Below the pieces are notes generated by a model, which saw only the letters and a list, made by a program, of their open reading frames with translations, was not told where the DNA came from and ran no database searches. The translations under genes were made by a program, and so were the position numbers. Below, piece by piece: positions 46,775 to 58,830 of a DNA stretch of 64,000 nt. Source of the DNA: Podospora anserina (lineage: Eukaryota); assembly GCA_017654855.1 (NCBI GenBank), contig CM030332.1, positions 3,286,001-3,350,000 on the forward strand. The letters are read 5' to 3'. Position 1 is the stretch's first letter. Each line of letters starts with the position of its first letter.

Positions 46775-48162
46775 TTTGTCGACGACTTCTGTGCGTGCTT
46801 GCAATCGTCGCCGGTGAAGCCGTCAGCTGAAGGGTCGCCGAGAAGGAGTGACGCCGAGAAGGGGTGACGCCCAGCAGAGAGCCAACAATGGCTCGATGTT
46901 GGTGGCGGGGTACTTTTTCGAGAGCTTTAACGCGGGGGTGGGGCGAGGCACCAGCGCAACCTGAAGACCCTGGGGTAGCGAAAAGGAAAGAACCAGCCCC
47001 AGCTGGTCGATGCAGAGGAAGAACACAGGAAGAGAACACTTGAGGTTTGGTGGTGTTCTCAAAAGCTCTCAGTGGTGGCATTAAATTCCTAGACAAAAAG
47101 GTGCACGGGATGGATGACTGGCGGGTAGGTAGGCGAGCGGCCAAGGTTTCGATCACAACAGCGGCATATGTGTACGTGATAGACTCCACTCACACAGCTT
47201 GAGATTTCTTAGAGATCAGGAACCAAGACACCGGAACCCGGGAAAGGGTCACTTGGTGATTACTACCGGCTGAGATTCCTCCCTTGCTTCCAAGTAAGGG
47301 ACAATCTCTCATTCGCCTGCAACATATAGGAAGGAATCAAATGACCCCGTATTAGGTTTCTGATGCCCTTTAGATTTGTTGACTTCCCACCAGTTGAGAT
47401 ACTATCCGGAGATCCAAGATATTGGGGATCATATGCACCAGCAACTGACTAGTCAGCCACAAGGCCGTCGGGAAATCCAACCTCTTCCTCTTCCAAAGGA
47501 ATAAAGACCTACGGAAAGCCTCTTCAAGCTCCAGTTGATGTGTCCCTGAACCTTCATTACTACCCGACGGCAACTGGAAACACCATTCTGTCCCCAAGAG
47601 AGGCACAATCTGCACCCATGCAAGGCTGAGCCACAGGGAAACCTGAGAAGCCAAATCGAAGGCCCCATCTGCGGGAGGCGGTGCAGCTCGGGAAAAGACT
47701 TGCTCAGTCTAACGAAACATTACCACTCAGATTAACCACCATGCCGCGACTGGACTAGCGATTCTCTAGAGTACACCAAATCAGAAAATATCCTGGCCGA
47801 TTTTCCTCTCCGAGCAGTGGTCTATCGGCCTTCTCGAACAAGGAGGCTTCAATCAGATCCCGTCCCGTCAACCCCTCGGTTCCACTGACTGACTCCCCTC
47901 CCACCCCGCAGAGAGAGCCCGCCAGGCTGGGCAGATGGCTAGGGTCACACAGCCTGCAGAAGGGGAGATCCCCTGGCACATGCGGTGGCCAGTCAAGGAC
48001 CAACGCGGGAGACGAAATAAGGCATTTTCCGCTTTTGGTCTTGGGCCTTTTGGTGACCTCCCACGAGCTGAGCATGTTGGGCATGAGGGTACTCAGTAGA
48101 AAGAGGTACATACATAATACATAGCCATAGTCATCCCGACCTCTTTATTATCCTGCCGTGTG

Positions 48163-48200
48163 CTACTACTACTACTACTACTGCTACTACTACTACTACT
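48163..48200. repeat. (CTA)n microsatellite
   Basis: Near-perfect CTA run upstream of CMK1. Confidence 0.85.
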
Positions 48201-48759
48201 TCTTACTGCCTACCTAGGTGTTCATCCAGTAACCGCCAATAACGCCGTTTCCACTTCATCCCCGTATCCAGTCGCCGGCGGGGCAGCTAATCATCGCTTG
48301 GCAACCCCTCGTCCACCACCTTCCCAGCCCAATTGCTGCCAAGCCCACTCCTTGTGCATCTGCATCTGCCTCTTAGGTGCTCTGCCTCTATGCCTCTACC
48401 TCTCTGCCTCCTCCTCGCGCCGATACCAACCTAAGCACACTCAGGTACCGACGCACACCGTACGCTCTGCCTCAAGCGCCTGAAGGCTTGTCAGCTCCCC
48501 AGCTCCCCAGCTCCCCCCTCAGCCGCTCTCTACCGTCGCACGCGCCGCCCTCCTTCTCCTCGCTCTCGTCACTCTCTTCCTGCGAACTAAAACACAGCCA
48601 GGGGCTCAGGACGTGCCAACACGACATACTGGCACTCGGACACCAAGTGACATCTTCCAGAAATTAAGGTTACTTGAATCGTGCTGCCCGCAGCCACTTC
48701 AGAGCCAGAAGCCTCCTCCTACTTTTCCGCTTCTTGTTTTTTTGTCAAAGCTCGGCACC

Positions 48760-50433
48760 ATGAGCTGTAAGTCACCACCTCCATGTCACCTTCAGCCAAG
48801 TTCCGCCATGTCCTCTCGAGCTTCGGTGTGTCCCCTTGTTCTACGTCATGTAGTTTACCAGCTAGCCGGCCGGCCACGGCGCCGGCAGGAACAGCCCGTG
48901 CTGATATGAATTTGTGAACCGCAGTCTCGAACATGCTCAATCGCCTGCATGGGCAACCTGAGAGCTATGATAAGAAGTGCGCAAAGCTATCCCACCCTCG
49001 CTCTTTGTAGTAACATGTGTCGCTGATACCTCCCCTCTCAACAGGTCCAAATATCGTTTTGGGCGCACCTTAGGCGCGGGCACCTATGGCATCGTCAGGG
49101 AGGCCGAGGGCCCTGATGGCAGGGTTGCTATCAAGATCATCCTGAAGAAGAACGTGCGGGGCAACGAGCGCATGGTCCTCGACGAGCTGGATATGCTCCA
49201 ACGTCTCAAGCACCCTCACATCGTCAAGTTCGTTGACTGGTTCGAGTCGAGAGTGCGTTCCTCCTAGACAACAACGACTTTGGGCGCAGAGATCCAATCG
49301 CTGACTTTGGTCCTCTTGTAGGACAAGTACTATATCGTCACAGAACTTGCCACCGGTGGAGAGCTGTTCGACAGAATTTGCCAACAGGGCAAGTTCACCG
49401 AGAAGGACGCCTCCCAAACCATTAAGCAGGTCTTGGGCGCCGTCGACTATCTCCACAAGAACAATGTCGTTCACAGAGGTAAGCTTATCGGTGAAAAAAG
49501 GGGTAACGACAAGGGGCTAACCACGTCGGGTCCAGATCTCAAACCCGAGAACTTGCTCTACCTCACCAAAGAGGCCGATTCCGACCTCGTCCTCGCCGAT
49601 TTTGGCATCGCAAAGATGCTCGGCACCAAGGACGAGGTTCTCACCACCATGGCTGGCTCTTTCGGGTATGCCGCCCCCGAGGTCATGCTCAAGCAGGGCC
49701 ACGGCAAGCCTGTGGATATGTGGTCCCTGGGTATCATCACCTACACCCTCCTGTGCGGTTACTCGCCATTCCGGTCCGAGAACCTCCAGGATCTCATCGA
49801 CGAGTGCAGCGCCTGCCACGTCGTCTTCCACGACCGGTACTGGAAGGACGTCAGTGATGATGCCAAGGATTTCATCCTGAAGCTGCTGAAGGCTAAGCCT
49901 GAAGACCGGTGGTCTAGCGAGGTACTTTCCCCCTCGACCCCCTTTTACCCCTCTGCCCAGTCAACTAACAGCTTGTCTTTCCCCCCAAATAGCAAGCCCT
50001 CGCTCACCCCTGGCTCAGCGGCGAGAACGCCACCGACCACAACTTGCTGCCCGAGATCAGGGCTTATCTCACTCGCGCGCGCTTGCGCAGAGGCATCGAG
50101 ATGGTCAAGCTGGCCAACCGCATCGAGGCGCTCAAGATGCAGGAAGATGATCCCGAGAATTCGGACATGCCAAAGGATGCTACGTCAGCAGCGAACCAGA
50201 CGCGTCATTTCCAGTCGGGCAAGAATGCTAACGAAGAGGGCAGCAGCGGCGGTGGCGGCAGCAGTGGAGAGAAAAAGGAGGGTGAGCAAGCAGCGGGGGA
50301 GAAGCGCACATTGAGCAAGGCGATCAAGGGGGCTATTTTCCGTGAGGTTGTTATGGCCAAGGTCAGGGAAATGAAGGAGCAGGAGGAGACGTTGAAGGTT
50401 ACTGGGGAGGCTACGGGGGAGGGGTCGAAGTAA
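48760..50433 (+). CDS. CMK1: Calcium/calmodulin-dependent protein kinase (6 exons; first coding exon 7 nt)
   Basis: [50 protein letters not shown] and CaM-binding [16 protein letters not shown]. Introns approx. 48767-48924, 48977-49044, 49253-49321, 49479-49535, 49922-49992. Confidence 0.95.
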
Positions 50434-51963
50434 ATAATGATGCTGAGAATGTTGGGAGGGGGAGTGATGAAACCAGAGTGGAGGGGATATACCGATTGAC
50501 ACACGAAGCGTGCGTGGCATAGCAGGACTTTTTTGGTTCTTTTTCCTTCTTGCGGGAGAATTGTGATCAGAGCAAGCCTGGTTAGTTGGTGCGTTGGTGG
50601 TGTTGGTACCTTTTTGTCGCGCTGTAAGAGGTTGGGTTTGTTAAAGGAGGAGGCAATTTGATGATTTATTTTATTTTATTTTTTGGTTGCTCCAGGAGAG
50701 GGTTTAGTCAGTACCTGCTTCAAATCAGCTGTAGGGTTCATGATAGTCAATTATAGCCTATGTTATATCCTCGAGGTACCTATGTTGCGGTTGTGATGGG
50801 GAATATTCTCAGCGGCTAGGTAGTTTGTCGATGTCGTTCGTTGGGTTCCACCGAAGTGTGTTTTTGGTTTTTACATGAATTTTGTTTTTGATGATCATCT
50901 CGTATTGTTTATGCGGGATCGCTCGGAAATAGGTGGGGATGAAAGAGGGATTATCTTTGAGAGGTACCAACCAACTACTGTCGAGGTTTAGGGCGCTTGT
51001 CAGAGAAGGATGAAATTGGGTGATTTTCAAGATGTTAAAGAGGTGGTTAAGGGTGGGAGTACGTCACACAGGTTGTATGATGATGGCTTGTTGAGTTCAG
51101 TTACAAGATAGATACAGCAAGGGGAGCACAAAGATCTGGGTTGTGGTACGTACCCAGCCGTCTTTGCTTCCAGTTACTACATACTACCCCCTCAAACTCG
51201 AACGCAACAATAACAGCCCGGGGTGGTGATGAGCCCATGCCATGCCAGATGGCATATCAATCCGTTCGTGCTACGATATTCCATCACCCTACTACACCCG
51301 ACAGGCATGGAAGAAGAAGGACCGAAAAGCATGGAAAGTCTTGGTCTGGGTGGTTATTTTTGTTCCCCGAACAACAAGTTTGATTAAGAACCGCCACTTC
51401 ATACAATCTATCAATCGAAGGAGCAGCCCAGTTTATCGAACTTAATTACCACGTGAAACGCCGAAAGGTCGCACAAAGGTTTGCCCACTATCACGTTCAG
51501 CCTCACCTGTGATGGTCTGAGGGAGGGAATGAAGCGGCTGTGTGGGCTGGAGGCGCCTCACAGACAACAACAAGAGAGTAGCCCACCGGGGCTGTCTCAC
51601 ACAAGCATCAGAGGACAGAAGGGTGCAGTGGAGACAAACTATCTCCTCGCTGATGAAAGAAAATTGTACATTGAGACCAAAAGATGAACTGCAAAACTGT
51701 CGACATCGTGATTTGAAGCCCCTTCAAAGACTTCCTATCTACTATCCTACCTCAGCCTACCATATACACAACCCACAAAAACAACACAAAAGACAAACAC
51801 TTGAAGAAGCAAATCGTTCTCTCTTTGACTTGTAGTAGCAAGTAATAACCTCAAACCAACGCTCCCTCGCTCCATGCGCCTTGCTCCTAAAACGCTAAGC
51901 AGTTGTTGTAGTTGTTGTACAATAGGTAAGTGTTGCTCTTCCCAAATCTCTCCTCCCAAATCG

Positions 51964-51964
<1 letters not shown>

Positions 51965-52000
<36 letters not shown>
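51965..52000. repeat. (CA)n microsatellite
   Basis: About 18 CA units. Confidence 0.9.
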
Positions 52001-52002
<2 letters not shown>

Positions 52003-52298
52003 TCCAAAACTCTGTACACAGTGGCCGCCACCCATCCATCCCCCTTGCCACTTCCTCCCTCCCCAAATCCAAGAATGTACAAGTCCTTTCCCCTCCCTCG
52101 ACTCTCCCTCCTTCCAGTTTTTGAAACAATACCTCCTCCACCCACCCCTTGCCTGATGCATGAATGCTAATTGCCTGTTGTATGTCGAATAAAGTCGCTA
52201 AAAAAAAAGTAATAATTCCTCCCAGATATCATCTCGATATTGTTGTAGCGCCCGTTCGTAAACATCGTAAAAGTAGAACGAAAATTGTGAAAACAAAA

Positions 52299-53507
52299 TC
52301 AGGAAAGCTCCGCCATGACCTCCTCGCAAAGCTCCTCATATCGCGTCGGATCAAACCTCGTCCTCTCCCAGTTCATCTTCCGTAACCTCTCAATCCTGGC
52401 TTGCTTATCCTCCACCTCACTATTCGCCCTAGCACGAGCAGCAGAGGCAAAATTTGGCGACCTGAGCCACTGGTCCACATTGGCGGAATGACGGTTGAGT
52501 TGTTTTCGGAGACCGGAGAGGTGTTCGCAGCAGCGGTCGACAGTCTGGGAGATCATGTACGCGTTTTCGTCCTCTTCCTCTGACGTCACTGATGAGGGGG
52601 ATGCTAATGACGAGTCGTCATGCTCGTCTTCGCTTTCGTGAATGGTGTGTAATGGATATTCAACCTCTTGGAACCTTTCCTGGAACTTGGGGCTTACTGG
52701 CAAGTCGGGCAGCTTTTGCAAGAGGACTGGTGAGGAGAAGTAAAAGTCGTCAAATCCGAGGGTGGGTGAGTCTGGGCGGATCATGGGCTCTGGAATGTTG
52801 ATCTGGATGGGTTCCTCCTTGGGGAGGGAGAAAGAGACCTTCTTGACACGTTTGGGGGAGATATCCCTGCTGCAGCTATCTTCGCAAGATGAAACGGACT
52901 CGGTGGGTGTCTCTGGGGTCCAAGCTCGAGAGCTGCTGATGGAACTTGATGGCGAGTGGCAACTCGAGCCTCGTGACGACATGGATGAGCTGGATCGTGC
53001 TTTACTGACGACGGATTCCTCGGCAGCGTTGATGAGGGCGGATGCGCGATTAAAGTGGTTGCGGGCTTGTTGAAGGGTGTCGGTTCTGTGTGAGCTTGAT
53101 GGGAGAGGTCGGGCGAGAATCTCCAATGAAGTGGCGGCATAGAAGTGAAGATAGATCAGATATACTGGCTCAACCTGAGACTTGCCCTTGATGGCGTTGA
53201 GGATTTCCACACATCGTGCTGAGCAGGCCCTGTATCTCTTCTCGATGTGGTGTCTCTTGATCTCAGCGATGGCTTTCCTCCACTCTGCTGATGAATAGGG
53301 AATCATTGGAAGAGGTGCTGGTGCTGGAAGTGAGAAGCGCTTGACCGGCTTCGGACGCTGTGATCGGTAACTCTGCCATGTGTCGGTATTCTGTGTGGAT
53401 TGGCGTCTGAGCTTTGGCGCCGTCTCCGATGTTGGTGATGTGTTGTTGGACGGAGGCGGCATCCAGCTCGCTCTGTTGCCGAGCATCAAGGGAATGAGTC
53501 CAGGCAT
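52299..53507 (-). CDS. Hypothetical protein (helical N-terminal domain, Ser-rich middle, C-terminal RIERLR..W.R.RFD..RYEELC motif)
   Basis: Uninterrupted ORF of about 402 aa from ATG 53507 with protein-like composition. Function not recognised. Confidence 0.75.
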   Translation of the reverse strand: MPGLIPLMLGNRASWMPPPSNNTSPTSETAPKLRRQSTQNTDTWQSYRSQRPKPVKRFSLPAPAPLPMIPYSSAEWRKAIAEIKRHHIEKRYRACSARCVEILNAIKGKSQVEPVYLIYLHFYAATSLEILARPLPSSSHRTDTLQQARNHFNRASALINAAEESVVSKARSSSSMSSRGSSCHSPSSSISSSRAWTPETPTESVSSCEDSCSRDISPKRVKKVSFSLPKEEPIQINIPEPMIRPDSPTLGFDDFYFSSPVLLQKLPDLPVSPKFQERFQEVEYPLHTIHESEDEHDDSSLASPSSVTSEEEDENAYMISQTVDRCCEHLSGLRKQLNRHSANVDQWLRSPNFASAARARANSEVEDKQARIERLRKMNWERTRFDPTRYEELCEEVMAELS

Positions 53508-55851
53508 GGTGGGCGACGATGGCGAAGCTTTCCAGTCTGGTCTCGTTGGGTGCCGGCAGATGATGAGTTGAAGTTGGATACGTGCCTTCCAAGGGAGCCG
53601 GTGAGAGAAAGCTGAAGTGAGACTCTCCACGCGCAAGGAGGCAAGGCCGATAGATATTGCTAGTCACGGTGGTCTGGACAGGCATGCGCCCTGCTTTGAC
53701 TGTAATGAAAGCCGAAGGGGCCACAGGAGATGGCCGAACACGACGCTGATGGCAATTCCCTTTCGGTAAATTGGGGTGGGTTAGGACAGGGAGCCCTGAG
53801 ATGAGACGAGTGCTTGACAGCTCTTGACAGTTGACTGAGGGTCCGGGAGAGGGTCCGGCTGGATTTTAGCTCTTCCCAAGCAAGCGGGAGCCCAAGCTTC
53901 TGGAAGGTCTCTCTGGTAAATTGGATGCGATGCTGTGTCAATTTTGGAAATGCGTCCGAAGTCCCCGGGGCCCAGATGCGGGCAACGGAGCTGTGGGACT
54001 GGCACGGGACGGCGGACGGCCGGATGGTCAGTGATCACCGGTGCTGCGAAACGGGTGTCAGGTGTATGTAAGGGTCCGGGAGTCCGGGACCGTCTTGAAA
54101 AATATTAGCCTGATCCGGGACCAGTTGACCAGAGTTGACAAGAGAATGTCGGAAACACGGGGTGCGGTTGGGCGTCCAGGCGGCTGAATTGATCCAGAAA
54201 AGGTCAAGGAGTGGATTTCAACGGCGACCAAACGCGTTGAGATGGATAGGATGGGACGAAGCTGAACAAACACACTGGCGGCGGTGAGAAAGAGCGAATT
54301 CCAAGTTGCTGGTCGAACGAATGTGAGGCCAGGTGATGAAGCAAACAACGGCAGACCGAGTTCCTTCCAGAACAAAACCAGAACCAAGAAAGGAGGACTT
54401 GCTGGGGACGAGAGCGAGGGGATTCAATTTTTAACATGGATCACCTCACCCACCCACGCGCGCGCGGTGCCAGAAGGACACAGAGTGACAGGAGGCGTCA
54501 TCTTGTGCCTTCCAGCTTCCTAGCTGCATGACGCCAGAGAATCGGCGCAATTTTTCTGCAGGCCCCAGCAGAACGCCAGTGGCTGGATGGCCGCCGGGCC
54601 CAAGGGAGGGCTCGTGCTGCGAGCTAAAATTTCTGCAGGGGCTCGAGCCCGGGTCCCGTTCCCCTGAGCCCTAACACCAAACGGGAATAGGGGCACATCC
54701 CCCCTGAAAATGATCCTCTGTCAACCCTGCTAGCTTTTGGGTCTCCCCCCCTCCCGGAACTGAACGCGAGTGGACAGCATCGTACACGGCGTGGGTCGTG
54801 GGTCTCTCTATTGCTTCTTTTGGTTCTCGGGCTTTCTTCGTTATCTGGTTTTTTTTTTTTGTCTTGCTTCAGCACCACGATCTGTGTCACGGCAAGCAGA
54901 TTGTTTTCCGGTATCACAGCAGTCTCCCAACTCCCACAAAAACACGAGGGTCCAGGGACTTCTCGTGGGAGGTGTGCTCTCGGAAAACTGTGTATGTGAT
55001 AGTGATGATGGCGCCGCACAAATGCCTTCCCAGCTCACTCATCATTCATCCGAAGATCCGGCCTCTTCTCACCATACCAACCCTCACACCATACTGTAGA
55101 CAACAAACAACTCTCTCCTCTGCTTCCAACTCAGACCAAAGTCCGTTCGCATCAACAACTCCATATCTTGTTTGCCAGCGCCACACCTCGTGAAATAAAC
55201 CGTTTGCACCGTGTTGTCTGTCTGTCATCTGTCATCTCATCTCATCTCATCTCATCTCAACTCTGCTTGCTTCTCACCCGAGCGCCACACCCGCGCAAAT
55301 CTTGCCAATCCTCATCACATCCAACTTCCACAGCCTTCCCCCATTCATGTCTCTTTTTTCAAGCCCTCATATCAATTCCCATGTCACGGTATGTAAAACA
55401 TCGACAATCAACCATCTCTACCACTCCACCTTGGGCCTGGACCAACACCGAGATTTCGTGCAACCCCCCATCCTCATGCAAACCCCCTTCCCAACCCTAG
55501 TCCAGAGACGAGACGGGAGCTCCCTATCAAAAAATAACCTTCGCTACCACTCATTATCAGAACGTCGTATCAACACCACCGACAACAACCCCGCGCCCCA
55601 GTGCAACCTCAACAAACAACAGAGGGGCAATCTCAACCTCATACGGCACAGACAAAAGCCAGCGGCTCAGCATGAAAAACACCCAAAGAAAGGAGATGAT
55701 GATGTTCAATACATAAACACCGAATGTATATCCCCACCGACCACCAAGTTGTTTTCTCTGGGGCAACGGCTACGCCAACGTCCTCTACCACAGAGAGGAG
55801 GAAGAGGGGGGTATATGCCACCAGACTCTTCCCATTCACATCATTTCCATC

Positions 55852-55880
55852 CCACCACCACCACCACCACCACCACCACC
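55852..55880. repeat. (CAC)n microsatellite
   Basis: CAC run in the long intergenic region. Confidence 0.85.
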
Positions 55881-56388
55881 ATCGCTTCCAAAACTTACAT
55901 CCCATTACTACCCATAATAAACTCAAAAGTCAAAACACCAACCCAGAGCTATGACATTGTAGCTGCAAGCCTTCAACCGGAGAGCCCAAAGCCCAAAAGC
56001 CCTCGACCACTCCCCATCATCCTCGCACCGCTATGACCCCTGCCAAGCACACCGGCTTCTGCCCCCAGCTCAAAATACCAACAACCAGCCGGCAGGGTCT
56101 TGCGTGTGTCGCAGGTTTTGTGGGGGAATCCTTGTTGATAAGCTTCCATCGTGATCGGGATAGCGTCTCAGATTGGGTAACCACTAGACCAGTGGCGTGC
56201 AAAAGTACCCCAGACTAGAACGCTTCCAGTTCTCTCTGTCCTAGTAGGCAGCGGTGTGGGCAGAAAAGTCACGCGACTTTTGAATATACCGTCAAAAAAA
56301 ACATAGGCTGTCTAATATCCCGCTAATAGCCATCCCAACCAACTTTTTCAATGTGATTTTTGTTTCTTCATATCAAGACATCTCGACT

Positions 56389-58786
56389 TTAGTTCTCGGC
56401 CTTAACCTCCTCCCCCCCCTCTCCCTCCTTAGCCAGCTGCTCAACCTTCACATCCTCCCCCTTGATCCCCCCCACAACTCTCAACCCCTCCGCCTGCGCA
56501 ACAATAGCATCCAGCTGCTTCTTCCTCTCAATCCTCACCTGCACCTCCTTGGTCAAGTTCTTCAAATCAATCAGCTCTCCCTCCTTCAGCGGGTGATCCT
56601 CCGGCAGACCCATCTCCTTGATCTTGATCTTGCCCTGAGCCAGCTCGTCCTCTCCCAGAATAAGCGCAAACGGCACACCATTCGCCTCGGCAGCCTTGAA
56701 CTGGTTTTGGAGCTTAGGCTTGACCTTGTAGAGGAACTCGGCCTGATTGAAAATGTTAGTCTGCGGCGACGGTGATAGACATTGTTAGTAAGAGTGGTGG
56801 TAATCTTACCTTGATGTTAGCGTCCCACAAACGGGCCGCAATCTCACTTCTCTCCTTCAGTAAACCAGTAAAGTCCTTGCCGCCACCAAAGGCCATGACG
56901 AAGACATCAACCTCGTTTTTCCTCTCCTTCTTGGCCTGGTTCGCCCTCATGATGGAGAAGATACGGTCGATACCGAAGCTGATACCCACGCAAGGGACCT
57001 GGGTTTTGCCAGAGAACATGCCAACGAGGTTGTCGTATCTTCCACCAGCAGCGACGGAGCCAATGCCTACTGTCGGGTCATCAGAGCGATCCTCATCTTC
57101 CCCAGCCTTGCCCTTCTTCTTCTTGGACTTTTCCGCCGAGGCATCAGCAGACGCAGCAGAAACCTTGGGGGCTGACCCCTCGGTGACAACCTCGTAGATA
57201 ACTCCAGTGTAGTAGTCCAGACCCCTGGCTAGTGAGAGATCGAACGAGACACTGTGGCCGGCGTTGAAGGCGTCGAGGTAGGTGAAGAGGAGATCCATGT
57301 CGGCGAAACCTTGTTGCATCGAGGGGTTGGCGGCCAGCTCCTCGTCCTTTTGCAGCTGCTCGAGCAGGTCCCGCTTGCCCTTGAGCACGACGTACTTTCC
57401 GATCTTGTCGGCAATCTCTGGCGCAAGTCCCTTCTCCTCGACCATCTCCTTGCGGACATCCTCCCATGGCATCTTGTCAAGCTTGTCGACGGCGGACGAG
57501 ATGGGGCGGATGGAGGCCTCGGGAACACCACAGACCTGGAAGATGCCATCAAGAATCTTGCGTGAGTTGAGCTTGATGGTGTACTTTCCTTGCCAGCCAA
57601 GGCCCTCGAAGACTTCGTTGATGATTCTGATCTGCTTGCGTGTTAGCAGTGGTCAGCCAGTAATGGCGATGAATACGCACGATCTCGGCGTCTGGGATCA
57701 TTGGGTCGTAGAGTCCAGCAATATCGAAACTGTAAATCAGTTAGTGCTTCCTCAGACGGTTCTTGATAGTCTGTAATCTCCATCGCCCACGTACTCGCAT
57801 TGATACTAGAACTATGTTAGCCTTGCAGTTTTCAGGCAGTGAAAATTGGCCGACTTACAAACTCTCTCATACGGCCCTTCTTGACCGCAGGCTGGTCTCT
57901 TCGGTAGACCTTCGCAATGTGATAACGCTTGATCTGTGAAATGTCCTTGTTCATCGCCAGGAACCGAGCGAACGGGACGGTCAAGTCGTATCTCAAACTG
58001 CAGAGCTCGCCACCCTGATCGGCAAGGTCATACTGCAGCATATCTCGTGTTAGTTATGCCTTGTTCCCTAATGAGACATGAGGTGAGGCTGACGAACAAT
58101 GAGCTTGCTATCCTCTCCATATTTCCCTGTTGGATGCGGTTTCCTAGTTAGTCATAGATCCTCGGTTTCTGTCATCGATATCGCCGTTTCGTACCGGCAA
58201 GAATCTCTAGGGATAATTGTTAGCCAATGCGCCAGCGCCCATGTCAACAAGGCTCGCATACCCTTCAACTCAAAAACAGGAGTGTCGATTGTTACACCGC
58301 CGTGGCGCTCTTTTGCCCAGTCAGCCCTTTCTCTTGTCCTTGGCATGCTTGTTCGTCCATTACATACTGAAGACGTTGGTGATGGTGTTGAAGATCTTCT
58401 CCCTAAGGACCATGTCCGCGCCGGACCCTGCAGAAGCGCATTAGTATAAGCCGATATCGAGAAAGATACTCGGCCGAGTTCGAGATTGACGCACAGTCTC
58501 TGGTGCCCTTAGGGGTCCTATCATGGCATTGATTAGCTCACATGTTCAGGGTCGAGGATGTAGCACCAGAAAAAGCACAGGAGGTGCCGTACTTGATCTC
58601 GAACTTGGGGGCCTTTGGCGCCATGTCTTCGATAGCGGGGTTGATGTCCTGGGGTCTCGGTGACGAGATGTGGAAGCACCGTCTGGAAGCGGGAGCGGAG
58701 AGGCAGGTTGGGCGGAAGGTCAATGTCGGGGCCAGTCGTCGTGATGGTCGAACAGACCGGATGGCAAGTATCCACGAGCTCTGCAT
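56389..58786 (-). CDS. HTS1: Histidyl-tRNA synthetase, mitochondrial (ATG 58786) and cytosolic (ATG 58624) forms, 11 exons
   Basis: [73 protein letters not shown] and AAGGRYD. Exons 58786-58593, 58517-58495, 58427-58368, 58309-58262, 58206-58195, 58126-58098, 58032-57859, 57805-57795, 57729-57681, 57631-56810, 56742-56389. Confidence 0.96.
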
Positions 58787-58823
58787 TCAAAATGTGGCCG
58801 GTGGGAATTCGAGCGCTGCGGGG

Positions 58824-58830
58824 TGACTCA
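58824..58830. promoter_or_regulatory. CPC-1/Gcn4 element TGACTCA upstream of HTS1
   Basis: Perfect TGACTCA 38 nt upstream of the mitochondrial ATG and about 200 nt upstream of the cytosolic ATG. Confidence 0.6.

Noticed and set aside
55302-56036. 244-aa plus-strand ORF
   Set aside because: Runs through microsatellite and C/A-rich intergenic DNA with no coding-like features. Probably chance.
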